Shown here piece by piece: positions 1 to 11,132 of a stretch of DNA of 25,826 nucleotides. The stretch is taken from assembly GCF_018350175.1 (NCBI RefSeq), contig NW_025408521.1, positions 186,001-211,826 of the forward strand, given 5' to 3'. Source of the DNA: Felis catus. Taxonomy: Eukaryota. The notes beneath the pieces are model-generated. The model was given only the letters and a program-made list of their open reading frames with translations, was not told the DNA's origin and ran no database searches. How positions within the stretch are numbered: the first letter of the stretch is position 1; each line of letters opens with the position of its first letter. A program made the translations under genes and the position numbers.

Positions 1-2192
1 CACAAGGGACGGTGCTGGCCAGGATCTGTCTTTGGCTGCCACGGCCACAAACTTCAATTGGCCCCTGGTCGAGGAGACTTCCGGAATCCTCTCGGGCAGG
101 TGCAGCCGGGTGTGGGAAACGACATGGTGAGCTTCCAGTTTCCATGGCGAGTCAGCCTCCACCGCTTCTGGACCCCAGGCGCGTGATGCTGTCAGACGTT
201 GGAATTGGGTCCCCATGGGGAGAGAGCCTTAGCTAGGGTTACGGTTCTGTCCAGGGACATTGCCAGGGCTGTAGCGACTCCCGTCTCATGATCTCCCTCG
301 AGGGGTGAAGTGAGGGCCCATGCCAGAAGGCGGCTCAATTGCAGGGTTAGGGTTTGGGGCAGGCTTAGGTTTCGGTGGAGGGTCACGGTTCGGGGTAGGG
401 TTAGGGTTAGGGTTAGCTCCCAGGAGGCTCCAGACGCCGAACCCACAACAGGGCAGTGGTCTCCCCAAGGGCTGAGATGAGGGCACAAGGGACGGTGCCT
501 GTCAGGGTGCGGCTTTGTCTGCAAAGGCCACACACGTTGATCACCCCTGGTCGAGGAGGCCTCCGGAATCCTCTCCCGAGCTGCAGCCGGGCCTGGGAAA
601 CGACATGGTGGTCCTCCAGGTTCCCTGCCAAGTCGTCCTGCACCGCTTCTGGACCCCAGGCATGTGGAGTTGTCAGACGTTGGAATTGGGTCCCCATGGG
701 GAGAGAGCCTTAGCTATGGTTCGGGTTCGAACCAGGGACGTCGCCAGGGCCGAAGTGACTCTGGTCTCATGATCTCCCTCGAGGGCTGAAGTGAGGGCCC
801 ATGCCAGAAGTCAGCTCAATTGCAGGGTTAGGGATCGAGGCAGGCTTAGGTTTCGGTGGAGGTTCCTGGTTTGGGATAGGGGTAAGGTTAGGGTTATGTC
901 CCAGGAGGCTCCAGGCGCCGAACCCACAGCAGGGCCGTGGTCTCCCCGAAGGGCTGAGTTGAGGGCACAAGGGACGGTGCCGGTCAGGATCCCTCTTTGG
1001 CTGCCAAAGCCACACGCGTCCTTAAGCCCCTGGGCGAGGAGGCCTCCGGAATCCTCTAGGGCAGCTGCAGCGGGCCTGGGAAACGACATGGTGAGCTTCC
1101 AGGTTCCTTGCCGAGTCAGCCTGCACCGCTTCTGGAACCCAGGCGCGTGATGCTGTCAGACGTTGGAATTGGGTCCCCATGAGGGGAGAGCCTTAGCTAG
1201 GGTTAGGGTTCGGGCCAGGGACGTCGCCAGGGCTGAAGCGACTCCGGTCTCGTGATCTCCCTCGAGGGCTGAAGTGAGGGCCCATGCCAGAAGGCGGCTC
1301 AAATGCAGGATTAGGGATCGAGGCAGGCTTAGGTTTCGGGGAGGGTCCCGGTTCGGGGTAGGGTTAGGGTTAGGGTTAGGTCCCAGGAGGTTCCAGGCGC
1401 CGAACCCACAGCAGGGCAGTGTTCTCCCCGAAAGGCTGAGTTGAGGGCACATGGGACGGTGCCGGTCAGGATCCGTCTTTGGCTGTCAAGGCCACAAACT
1501 TCAATCGGCCCCTGGTCGAGGAGGCCTCCGGAATCCTTTCGCACTGCTGCACCCAGGCCTCGGAAACGACATGGTGAGCTTCCAGGTTCCATGCCGAGTC
1601 AGCTTGCACCGCTTCTGGACCCCAGGCCCGTGGTGTTGTCAGACGTTCGAATTGGGGCCCCATGGGGACTGAGCCTTAGCTCTGTTAGAGTTCGGTCCAC
1701 GGACGTAGCCTGTGCCGAAGCGACTCCAGTCTTGTGATCTCCCTCGAGGGCTGAAGTAAGGGCCCATGCCAGAAGTCAGCTCAATTCCAGGGTTAGGTAT
1801 CAAGGCAGGCTTAGGTTTCGGTGGAGGGTCCCGGTTCAGGGTAGGGTAGGTTTAGGGTTAGGTCCCCGCAGGCTCCAGGCGCCGAACCCTCAGCAGGGCA
1901 GTGGTGTCCCCAAAGGGCTGAACTGAGGGCACAAGGGATGGTTCTGTGCAGGATCTGTCTTTGGCTGCCTTGGCCACAGACGACGATTTGCCCCTGGTCG
2001 AGGAGGCCTCCAGAATCCTCTTAGTAGCTGCAGCCGGGCCTGGGAAATGACATGGTGAGCTTCTAGGTTCCATGCCGATTCAGCCTGCATCGCTTATGGA
2101 CCCCAGGTGCGTGGTGTTGTCAGATGTTGGAATTGGGTCCCCATGGGGGAGAGCCTTAGCCTGGGTTAGGGTTCGGTCCAGGGACGTCGCCA
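1..2192. repeat. FA-SAT satellite array, diverged monomers (~4.5 x ~482 bp)
   Basis: The anchor GAGCCTTAGC recurs at ~224, 705, 1188, 1671 and 2151. The GC-rich monomer with GGGTTA runs is the same as in the main array. A 483-bp GC-rich unit with TAACCC variants is the established description of cat FA-SAT. Confidence 0.93.
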
Positions 2193-2360
2193 TGGAGGTG
2201 GCATAGGGAGATGGGTTAAATGGGTGATGGACTATGGAGGGCACTAGTAGTGAGGATCACTGGGTGTTGTATGTAAGTGATGGATGACTACATTCTTTAC
2301 CTGAAGCTAACATTTCACTGCATGTTAACCAACTGGAATTTAAATAAAAACTTGAAAAAA
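2193..2360 (+). mobile_element. LINE-1 3' UTR fragment (carnivore L1), 5'-truncated
   Basis: GGGAGATGGGTTAAATGGGTGATGG...CACTGGGTGTTGTATGTAAGTGATG...GGAATTTAAATAAAAA plus an A-rich tail is a typical carnivore L1 3' end. It abuts FA-SAT directly. Confidence 0.85.
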
Positions 2361-2429
2361 TGAGTACTAAAAAAACACATAAATACGTTTAAACTAAACT
2401 AAATAAATACATGTTAAAAAGGAAAAAGG

Positions 2430-2641
2430 AAACTCAGGTGATGATGTCAATAGACACAGAAAAAGCGTTCTGAGAAAATTTGGTATCCATTTGTGGTAAA
2501 AATCTCTTTAAAATTCTGTGTAGAAGGGTCCGATCTCAACATAACAAAGGCCATGTATGTGAAGCCAACAGCTAATGTCATACTCAGTAGTGAAATTGTT
2601 AAAGATTTTCCGCTAAGATCAGGCACAAGACAAGGATGCCC
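2430..2641 (+). mobile_element. LINE-1 ORF2 fragment (RT region), decayed
   Basis: Encodes degenerate 'SIDTEKAF' and 'RSGTRQGCP' (AGATCAGGCACAAGACAAGGATGCCC), both L1 reverse transcriptase motifs. Confidence 0.88.
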
Positions 2642-2644
2642 TAG

Positions 2645-2870
2645 ATATGTGAAGGGGATTGGATGATGCAGGCTTCTGGTTATGCAATGAATGACTCAGA
2701 TAGAAGATATAGGATAGGGCACATAGAGAATGGTACTGGAGTAGTGATGCATGGTGACAGATGATAGCTACACCTGTATTAGCATAGCAGAATGTATACA
2801 TTTGCCAATGACTATGTTTTTCATATGAAACTAATGTAACGTAGTGTGTCAGCTATTCCCAAATAACATG
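2645..2870 (+). mobile_element. LINE-1 3' UTR fragment of a different, older-type subfamily, interrupting the ORF2 remnant
   Basis: GTGAAGGGGATT...ATGGTGACAGATGATAGCTACAC...GAAACTAATGTAACGTAGTGTGTCAGCTAT resembles L1MA9/L1_Carn-type 3' ends. Confidence 0.7.
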
Positions 2871-2914
2871 TTGTTTTTTTTTAACTAGGTAAAGGACTGA
2901 AATAAAAAGTTTAA

Positions 2915-3645
2915 TGTAAAAGAACCTATTAATATCTAATCAAGAAATGCAGTGAAGTTCCAAACTATAAAGTCACCATATCAAATTCTGTATCATTCCT
3001 ATACACTAACCCAATTATCTGAGAAGAAGTAAAGAAAACAATCCCATTTACAATAGCATCAAAAACAATAAAAATTATAGCAATACCATTAGCCAAGGAA
3101 ATGAAAATCTCTCTACAGAAAACTATAAAACCTGTGTGCAGAAATGGAAGAAATTCAATTTGGGTGAAAGAAAGGGGAGAACACACAAGTCAGTGAAAAG
3201 CCATCCCATGTCCAACTTTCGGAGGAATTAATACAGATACAATGTCCATATTACCCAAAGCCATCTAGAGATTCAGTGCAATCTCTATCAAGACTCCGAT
3301 GCAATATTTATGCAATTAGAAAATCATATCCTAAAATTTATTTGGAACCACAAAAAGACCCCATGTAGCCAACGCAAGAAAGAACAAAACAGGAGGCATC
3401 CACCTTCTTGATTTCAAGCGTCATTCTAACACAAAGAAATCAATTATGTCACTGGCATAAGCACACACACAAGACAATGGAACAGAAATTGAGAGCCCAA
3501 ACTAAACCCATGCATCACAGTCACCTAGTATTCGACAAGGGAGTCAATAATACACAGTGGAGAAGAGTAGTCTTTTGAATAACTGGTGCTGGGAACATTG
3601 GATATTCACAAGTATAAGAACAAAGTTTAGCACAGTATAATACAC
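2915..3645 (+). mobile_element. LINE-1 ORF2 fragment (post-RT region), decayed
   Basis: A-rich strand with motifs matching 'FLYTN', 'IPFTIASK', 'LPKAI.RFSAI' and 'NNWCWEHW' (L1 FNKWCWENW). Many stops and frameshifts. Confidence 0.88.
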
Positions 3646-4187
3646 CACTCCCTAGAGAGTGAAAGGAAGAAATAGAGAGAGATGTGGTTAGAGAGAAACA
3701 GAGACAAAGAGGAAGTACAAGAAGGAAAGTAGAGACCTGGTCTGGTATGTGGACACGGTTAGATGGGCCAGGGGAGAGGGGATGTAGGAAGTGGCTCTGA
3801 GTGCTGGGGCAGAAAGGGCTTCTATCATGGGCATCAGGGTTCCATGGCCCCAAGACTCCAACATCCCTGGGTCCAAGTTCTGCAGAGGCCATTGGAATTG
3901 AAAAGATGGGTCGCCCTCATTTCTTCTGGAATTGTGAGGTTCAGCCTCACGTTCTGTCATGGAGAGGGATGTCTTGAGGGAGAGTGTGCTGCTCTTTGGC
4001 AGGTAAACTCCATAGCCTGCCCTGTGGGGAGGTGTCCCAGGGCCATCTCCCTCAGTGCCCCAGGCTCTGTTGGATTTCCCCCCTCCCCCGCCAGCCTGCC
4101 TTCCTCAAGTTCTGAACCCAGGCATCAGGCATTGCGTTGCCCCCAGGTCCTGCAGTCTGGACCTGGCAGAGGTGGACTAGTAATATT

Positions 4188-4190
<3 letters not shown>

Positions 4191-4254
<64 letters not shown>
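4191..4254. repeat. Compound microsatellite A30-(AT)17
   Basis: Read directly from the sequence. Confidence 0.97.
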
Positions 4255-4257
<3 letters not shown>

Positions 4258-4740
4258 ACAATAAGGTACACATCCTCCCTCTGGGACTAGCGGTGTGCAT
4301 CCAAATCATAGGTTGCTATCCTCCTCTCCACAACCAATCTGAGGAATCCAGAAGGTAAGTGGACCCTTTCAAACACCCTAGTCTTCTCTTACATGAAATT
4401 CAAAGACATTTTCTTGACCCAGCTTTCTTTTAGTTCTGAAGAGATGGCAATTAGTCATTGAAGGCATAATAGTCCTATAGGAAATTGACCTATATGACGG
4501 ATGGACATTATTTCATCCATCCGTATCCCTAAAGCACATTTCATTGGAAATATTAGCCAAGGATACACACTGTAAATTCACAACTGATGTGTAGCTCCCT
4601 GTAAGTTGCATTCTGACGTTGTCACATATGTGTCATCAAAGATGTTATTCGTGACTTTTCAGATAAGCTTTCAACACCAGGAAGGTGATGTTAGAGAATC
4701 TGGTATGAATGGAAATTCGCAGATTCTCAATGAGGAATGA

Positions 4741-4939
4741 TTTTTCATTTTTAATGTTTCTTTTTTTGAGAGAACCCGAGCTGGGGAGGGGGATAGAGTG
4801 GGAGACACCGAATAGGAGGCAGGCTCAAGGCTCTGAGCTCTCAGGACAGAGCTTGATGCGGGGCTCAAACTCATGGACTGCCAAATCCTGACTTGACTCA
4901 AAGTCGGACGCTTAACCGACTAAGCCACCCAAGGGCCCC
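4741..4939 (-). mobile_element. Carnivore SINE (SINEC, tRNA-derived), diverged
   Basis: T-rich tail on +, GA-rich segment, ending ...AAGTCGGACGCTTAACCGACTAAGCCACCCAAGGGCCCC, the reverse complement of the SINEC 5' end. Confidence 0.92.
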
Positions 4940-4996
4940 TGGAAGGATAGTTTAGTGGCAAAGAAGAAGAAATTAAAGATAGTGTAAAGGATGTCT

Positions 4997-5219
4997 ATTT
5001 TTAATTGAAATATTGTTCACATATTCGTTGTGTTAGTTTTAGGCATACATTGTAGTCATTCCATATGTCTCTACATTATGTTGTACTCAACCACAAGTGT
5101 AGCTATCCTGTGAAAGCATGCAACAATATTGTTACAAGATTGACTCCATTCCATTGGCTGTCCCTTGTATCCCTAGGACTCATTCACTCCATAGCTGGAC
5201 GCCGGTATCTCTCTCTCTC
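4997..5219 (-). mobile_element. LINE-1 3' end fragment (older carnivore type)
   Basis: TTTTTAATTGAAATAT...TGTTAGTTTTAGGCATACA...CACAAGTGTAGCTA...CATTCACTCCATAGCTGGA is the reverse complement of an L1 3' UTR. Confidence 0.72.
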
Positions 5220-5580
5220 AAAGGTGTCCATTCTTTATCTAACCTAAGTATTTTGGTGGTAAACAAAATTACGTCTTGTTCAGCATGTGTAAATCGGTGG
5301 TCTATTTTTCTGTGAATATTGCTTAAAACATTACAAATGATGTCGTTACGTTAATAAATTCGGTTTCATTCTTCACTCACAAGAAAGAGAAGGAAAAGAT
5401 TTTGGGTCCCAGGCCCTGTCACTAAAACCTTCCCAACGAGGAGAACAGGCTTAGTTGCCCAGAGCACCTTCGGTCTCTCAGCTGAGCAACCAGGGCCTTC
5501 AACATTGGAGGAATTCCCATGATGGCCAGCAGAGAGAGCTCAAGAACCACAGACCCCCGAGGGGCGGGTTCCTCTGCTGG

Positions 5581-5606
5581 GCAGTGATAGCCAGCAGAGG
5601 GCGCAC
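5581..5606 (+). promoter_or_regulatory. Candidate CTCF-binding site (core plus upstream motif)
   Basis: GCAGTGATAG-CCAGCAGAGGGCGC-AC matches the CTCF core CCASYAGRKGGCRS exactly, with a GCAG upstream element at the usual spacing. Motif evidence only. Confidence 0.6.
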
Positions 5607-5921
5607 CATCTGCTTTTCTGACCCAGGGCACCTCAGAGCAGGAAGGGCTTTGCTTGCTCTCAGAGGACTCAGGCCTCTGCTGGTGCCTGAGTACAGAGAC
5701 GAGAGCTGCATTTCCAGCAGGTTCTGCCACCCGCCCCAGGGGAGACCTTGGGAGCTTAGCAGCAACTTGGCATCTCCTGAGTCGCCAGAGAGAAGCTGCC
5801 TTGTTGTACTGAGTGCTGAGGAGGGGGCGCCGGGTGGCTTCCCTGGTCAAGCTGGTCGCTGAGTTACACAGGCCTTTGCATTTTCTGGGCTGTTCCCGTG
5901 TTTCATTCCACCCCTTCCCGG

Positions 5922-6172
5922 ACACTGTTTGAACAAGACGTATTTTACTAAAGGACTTGTGGATTGCGGGGTCCCACGACATCACCTCATAGATGCAATC
6001 GATGATTTGTTCCAGATCCAGGCTTGTTTCCGGGAAGAAACCCTAACAGAAATTCAGAAGCACGGGAGCTGCATTCAAGTAGGACGTGGATCCATGAAAT
6101 GCTCGTCTCACGACCTTCTAGAAGAAGGAGCTGGGACCCATGTTCCGAGTCCTGCTGGACCCAGAGGCCAAG
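5922..6172 (+). pseudogene. Exon-like segment with possible degenerate DUX/PRD-class homeobox
   Basis: Stop-free frame reading GLV..HHLIDA...REETLTEIQKHGSCIQ|V with homeodomain-like spacing. GT follows Q at the PRD-class intron position (6079). Pyrimidine tract upstream and a strong donor AAG|GTAAGG at 6173. No in-frame WFQN. Confidence 0.35.
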
Positions 6173-7526
6173 GTAAGGGCACAAACTGTCCCACATATCA
6201 TACATGCTTTTTTAAAAATTTCATGGTTATTTTTCCAACCTAGTGAAGTGATTGAACACTACTGAAAACCCGGTAGGTAAGTCTCAGTAACCTTATGTTA
6301 TCTTTGAATTTAAATTCCACTGAGTGAAGACACAGTGTAATATTAGTTTCAGGTGTCCAATATAGAGCACCACTTCCACACGTCACCCGGTGCTCATCCC
6401 AGGTGCACTTCTTAATCCCCATCCGCTGTTTCACCCATTCCCTCACCTCGCTGTGGAACTCCTCAGTTCCTTTCCTAGTTAAGAGTCCGTTTGTCTCCTC
6501 CCCCTGCCCCTTTGTTTTTTCTTGCCATGTGTTAGCGAAATCATTGGGTATTTGTCTTTCTCCGACAGGCTTATTTCCCCCAGCATAACATTCTCTCTCT
6601 CCATCCACCTTGTGGCAAATGGCAAGATTTCACGTTTTTACGGCTAAATCATATTACATTCCATAGACCACATCTCAATTTATTCATCAGTTGATGGGTG
6701 CTTGGATAGTTTCTGTCATTTGGCTTTTGTAGAAAATGCTGCTGTAAACATCACGGTGCATGTATCCCTTTGAAGATTTTGTATTCTTTGTGGAAATACC
6801 TTGTAGTGAAGTTGCTGGATTGTAAGGTACTTCTATTTCCAGTTTTGTTTTGTTTTTGACATCTCCATGTGGTTTTCCAGAGTGGCTGCACCAGTTTGCA
6901 TTCCTACCCACAGTGCAAGAGGGTTATTCTTTCCCCACATCCATGGCAACACCTGCTGTGTCATCCTTCATTGATTTTAGCCATTGTGACAGATGTGATG
7001 TGTTCTCTCATTGTACTTTCGAATTGTATGTCCCTGAAGATCAGTATTGTTGAGCATTTTTTCATGTGTCTCTTGGCCATGTATATGTCTTCCTTCGGGA
7101 AATGTCCGCTCGTGTCTTCTGCCCATTTTTAATCAGATTTCTCATTTTTTGCGTGCTGTATAACTGTATATATTTTGGACACTAACCCTTTATCCGATGT
7201 CGTTTGCAAATATCATTCTGTTGATGTTTTCGTTTTGTTGATTATTTCCTTGGTGACGGAAGGTTTTAATTTTTATAAAGTCTCATTATTTTTGCTTGCG
7301 TTTCCCTTACCTCTAGAGATATATCTACAAAGACGTTTGTACAGGCAATGTCAAGTAAGATACTACCCGTGTTATCCTCTGGGATTTTTATGGTTTCAGG
7401 TTTCACATATAGGTCTTTGTCCATGTTGGATTTATTTTTGTGTATGTTGTAAGAAATTGGTACGTTGTTTTTGTTTTGTTTTGCAGATTGCTGTCCAGTT
7501 TTTCCAAAACCATATGTTGAGGAGCC

Positions 7527-7554
7527 TTTTTTTTTAATTTATGTATTTATTTTT

Positions 7555-7590
<36 letters not shown>

Positions 7591-7716
7591 ATGCAGAAGA
7601 GGGGCAGAGAGATATGGAGAGAGAGAATCCCACGCATGCTCTGCACTGCCCTGAGATCATGACCTGAGCTGAACCCACCATCACACGCTTTCGTGACTGG
7701 GCCACCCATGTGTCCC
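7527..7716 (-). mobile_element. Carnivore SINE, diverged and internally deleted, inserted in L1
   Basis: T-rich tail, (GA)n 7555-7581, GAGATCATGACCTGAGCTGAA, ending GCCACCCATGTGTCCC. L1 resumes afterwards. Confidence 0.88.
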
Positions 7717-8981
7717 AAGACTATCTTTTTTTTTCCATTGGATGTTCTTTCCTGCTTTGTTGAGAATTAATTGACCATAGAGGTGTGAGTTTATTTCTGG
7801 GTGTCCATGCTATTGATCTATGCGTATGAGTTTGTTGTTGTTGTTATGTTTTGTTGTTGTTTTGTCAGTACTGTTCAGTACGGACATACTGATCATACTG
7901 TTCTGATCAGTATAGCTTTGTAATATAACCGAAAGTCTGGAATTGTGATGTCTCCAGCTTTGCTTTTCTTCTACAAGTTTGTGTTGGCTGTTTGGGGACT
8001 TTTGTCATTCCATACACATTTTGAGATTATTTGTTCTTGTTCTGTGACAAATGCTTTTGTGAGTGTGATATCCCTATCACACTTCATTTCATTATATGTG
8101 TAGATTGCTTTGAGGAGTGTAGACATTTTAACAGTATTTTGTGCTTCCCATCCATGAACATGAAATGTATGTCCATTTCTTTGTGTCCTCTTCCATTTAT
8201 TTCATCAGTGTTTCATAGCGTTTAGAGTACAGGTCTTTCACCTCTTTGGTTAGGTGTATGCCTGGTTTCTTGTGGTATTTGTGAGCCTGTCAATGGGATT
8301 GATCCCTTACTTTCTCTCTGTGTTAATTCATGATTTGTGTTAGAAATTCAATACATCTATGTTCCTTGATTTCTGTAGATTGTGACCTGTCGAATTCATA
8401 TATCGATTCTAGCAATTTTTAAGGGAACCTTTCATGTTTTTTATAGAACCTATCATGTCAGTTCCAAACAGCGAAAGTGCTACTTCTTCCTTGCCGATTT
8501 GGATGCCTCTTATTTCTTTTTGTCGTCTGAGTGCTGTGGTTAGGGTTTCCCGTACTATGTGGGATAACAGTGGTGAGAGGGGTCATTCCTAGCTTGTCCC
8601 TGACTTTGGAAAAAAACTCTCAATTTTTACCCATTGAGGATGAGATGAGCTGTGGGTTTTTCATAGACGACCTTTATTATGTGCAGGTAGGTTGAGTCTC
8701 AATGTACTTTGCTGAGGGTTTTTATCATGAATGGATGTGACATTTTATCAAATAGTTTCCCTGCATCTGTTGAAAGCATCCTATTGTTCTTATGCTTTCT
8801 TCTATTATTGTGGTGCATCATGTTGATTGATCTGTGAATGTGGAACCACGCTTGCAGCCCAGGAATATATCCCACTTGATTATGGTAAATGATTCTATCA
8901 ATGTATTGTGGACTTTGATTTGAAGGTATTTTAATGAGAATGTCGGCATACATAGTCATCAGGCTATTGCTCTGCAGTTTT

Positions 8982-9205
8982 ATTTAAAATTTTTTAAACA
9001 TTTTTTTAAATGCTTATTTCTTTCCTTAGATAGAGTACATAAAAGTGAGGGAGGGGCAGAGAGACAGGGAGAGAGAGAATCCTGGCCACGCCCCACACTG
9101 TCATGGCAGGGCCCAACGTGGGACTCGAACCCACGTACCGCAAGATAATGTCCTAATCCAAAATTAAGAGTTGGACAGTAAACCGACCGACCCACACAGG
9201 CGCAG
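8982..9205 (-). mobile_element. Carnivore SINE, diverged, with 10-bp TSD
   Basis: SINEC layout (GGGACTCGAACCCACG B-box complement), flanked by CTGCAGTTTT at 8972-8981 and 9206-9215. Confidence 0.88.
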
Positions 9206-10494
9206 CTGCAGTTTTCAGTTTTAGTGGAGGCTTCATCTCGTTTTGGTATCAGGGTAATGATGGCCTCATACGATGAATTTGTAAGATTTCCTTCTTTTTT
9301 TATTTTTTGTAATAATTTGAGGAGAATACATATTACCTCTTCCTTGAATGGATGGTAGAATTCATCAATGAAGCCATCTGGCCATGATCTCTTGTGTTGG
9401 GGGGAGATTTTTTTTAATTACTGATGGGGTATCTGACTGTTTTCAGATTTTAGGTATCTTCCTGTTTCAGTTTTGGTAGTGTGTGTGTTTCTAGTAATTT
9501 GTCCATTTTTCTCAGAGTGTCCAATTTGTTGCATATAGTTGTTCATAATATTATCTTCTAATTGTATTTTTGTGGTGTTGACTGTCATTTCTCCTTTCTT
9601 ATTTGTGATTTCATTTGAGTTCTTTCTGTCTTCTTTGTGAAGAGTCTGCCTAGGAGGTTTTCAAGTTGATTACTGCTTTCAATGATCCAGCCCCTGCTTT
9701 CATTGATTTGGTCTAGTGTCTTTTTGGTTTCTATATTCCTTATTTCTGCCCTAAACTCTATTATTTCCTTCCTTCTGCTGCTCTTTTTCTCATTCCTTTA
9801 GGTGTAAGTTAGGATTCTTTGAGAATTTTCTTGCTCTTTAAGGTAGGCTTGTATTGCTATCTACTTCCATCATAGACTGCTTTTGCCGCATTCCAAAGGG
9901 TTTTACCAGTGTATTTTCATTTTCATTTGTTTCAGTGTATTTTCTCATTGATTTCCTGTTTGACCCATTCATTTAGTAGCATGTTACTTAACCTCCCTTT
10001 ATTTGTGGCCTTCCCACCCTCCCCCCCCCCCGCCCTCTTTTTGTGGTTGACTTCAAGTTTCCTAGCTTTGTGGTTAGAAAAGATGCTTGGTCTGATCTCT
10101 GTCGTTGGGTACCTCTTGAGGCCTGATTTATGCCCTACAATGTGATCAATTCTGGAGAACGCCCCGGGTATGCTTGAAAAGAATGTGTATCTGCCATTTT
10201 AGTATGGAGTGTTCTGAATATATCTGTTAAACCCTTCTGGTCCAGTGTGTCATTCAAAGCCATTGTTTCCTTGTTGACGTTCTGTTTATAGGTTCTGTCC
10301 ATTGATGTGAGTGATGTGTTAAAGTCCTCTACTATCATCATATTATTATAAATGAGTTCCTTTACGGTTGTTGCTAAATGTTTTGTATACTTGGTGATCG
10401 CATGTTGGGTACATCGAAATTTACAATCATTGGATCTTCTTGTTTGGCTGTCCCCTTTAGTATGAGATCGTGTCTGCCTTCATCTCTTGTTATA

Positions 10495-11132
10495 CCTGTA
10501 TGTATGTATGTATGTATGTATTTTAATTTAAGTCTTAGTTGACATACAGTGCATTCTCGGGTTTAGGAGTAGAATTCGGTGATTCATCCTTTACATACAA
10601 CACCCAGTGCTCATCACAACAAGTGCTCTCCTTAATACTCGTCCTCCATCTAGCCCAGCGCTGACCCATCTCCCTCCATCAACTTTCACTTTTTTTTTTC
10701 TCTAACATTAAGAGACTCATGTGGTTTGTTACCATGCTTCTCTTTTCCTGGCTCCTTCCTTAGTTTTCATGTGTTTTGTTTCTTAACTTCCACATGAGTG
10801 AAATCATATATGTGTCTTTCTCTGATTGACGTATTTCACGTAGCATAATACATTCGAGCTCCATCCACATCATTGCAAATGGCAAGATTTCATTCTTCTT
10901 GAAGCTGAGTTATATTTCATTGTATATACGTATGTATGTATATATGAACATACATGTATGTCCATATGCATATACATACATATACATACACACACCACAA
11001 CTTCTTTACACCTTCATCAGTTGATGGATACTTGGGCTTTCTCCATAGTTGGGCTACTGTTGATAATTCTGCTATAAATACTGGGTGCATGCAATGTCAC
11101 TATTAGGTATTTACCCAAAGGGTACCAAAATA
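10495..11132 (-). mobile_element. Nested 5'-truncated LINE-1 3' fragment with short 5' inversion
   Basis: (TATG)n tail at ~10499-10520, then L1 3' UTR/ORF2 end on minus to ~11090. 11091-11132 is L1 sequence on plus. The host L1 endonuclease sequence continues on both sides. Confidence 0.85.

Noticed and set aside
44..1510. Three-monomer higher-order repeat in the left array (shared AACTTCAAT slot at 50 and 1497)
   Set aside because: Other shared variants (AGAAGTCAGCTC at ~806 and ~1771) recur at a two-monomer offset, so the pattern is mosaic. Too few monomers to support a HOR.
44..1997. CRISPR-like repeat/spacer reading of conserved monomers with variable 12-nt slots
   Set aside because: Mammalian context, ~470-bp 'repeats', 12-nt 'spacers' related to each other, and no cas genes.
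3763..4358. ORFs with poly-Lys and (YI)n tracts
   Set aside because: Translations of the A30-(AT)17 microsatellite.
5422..5985. 187-aa minus-strand ORF in the non-repetitive core
   Set aside because: No recognisable domain, length plausible by chance in GC-rich DNA, and the splice and motif signals point to the opposite strand.
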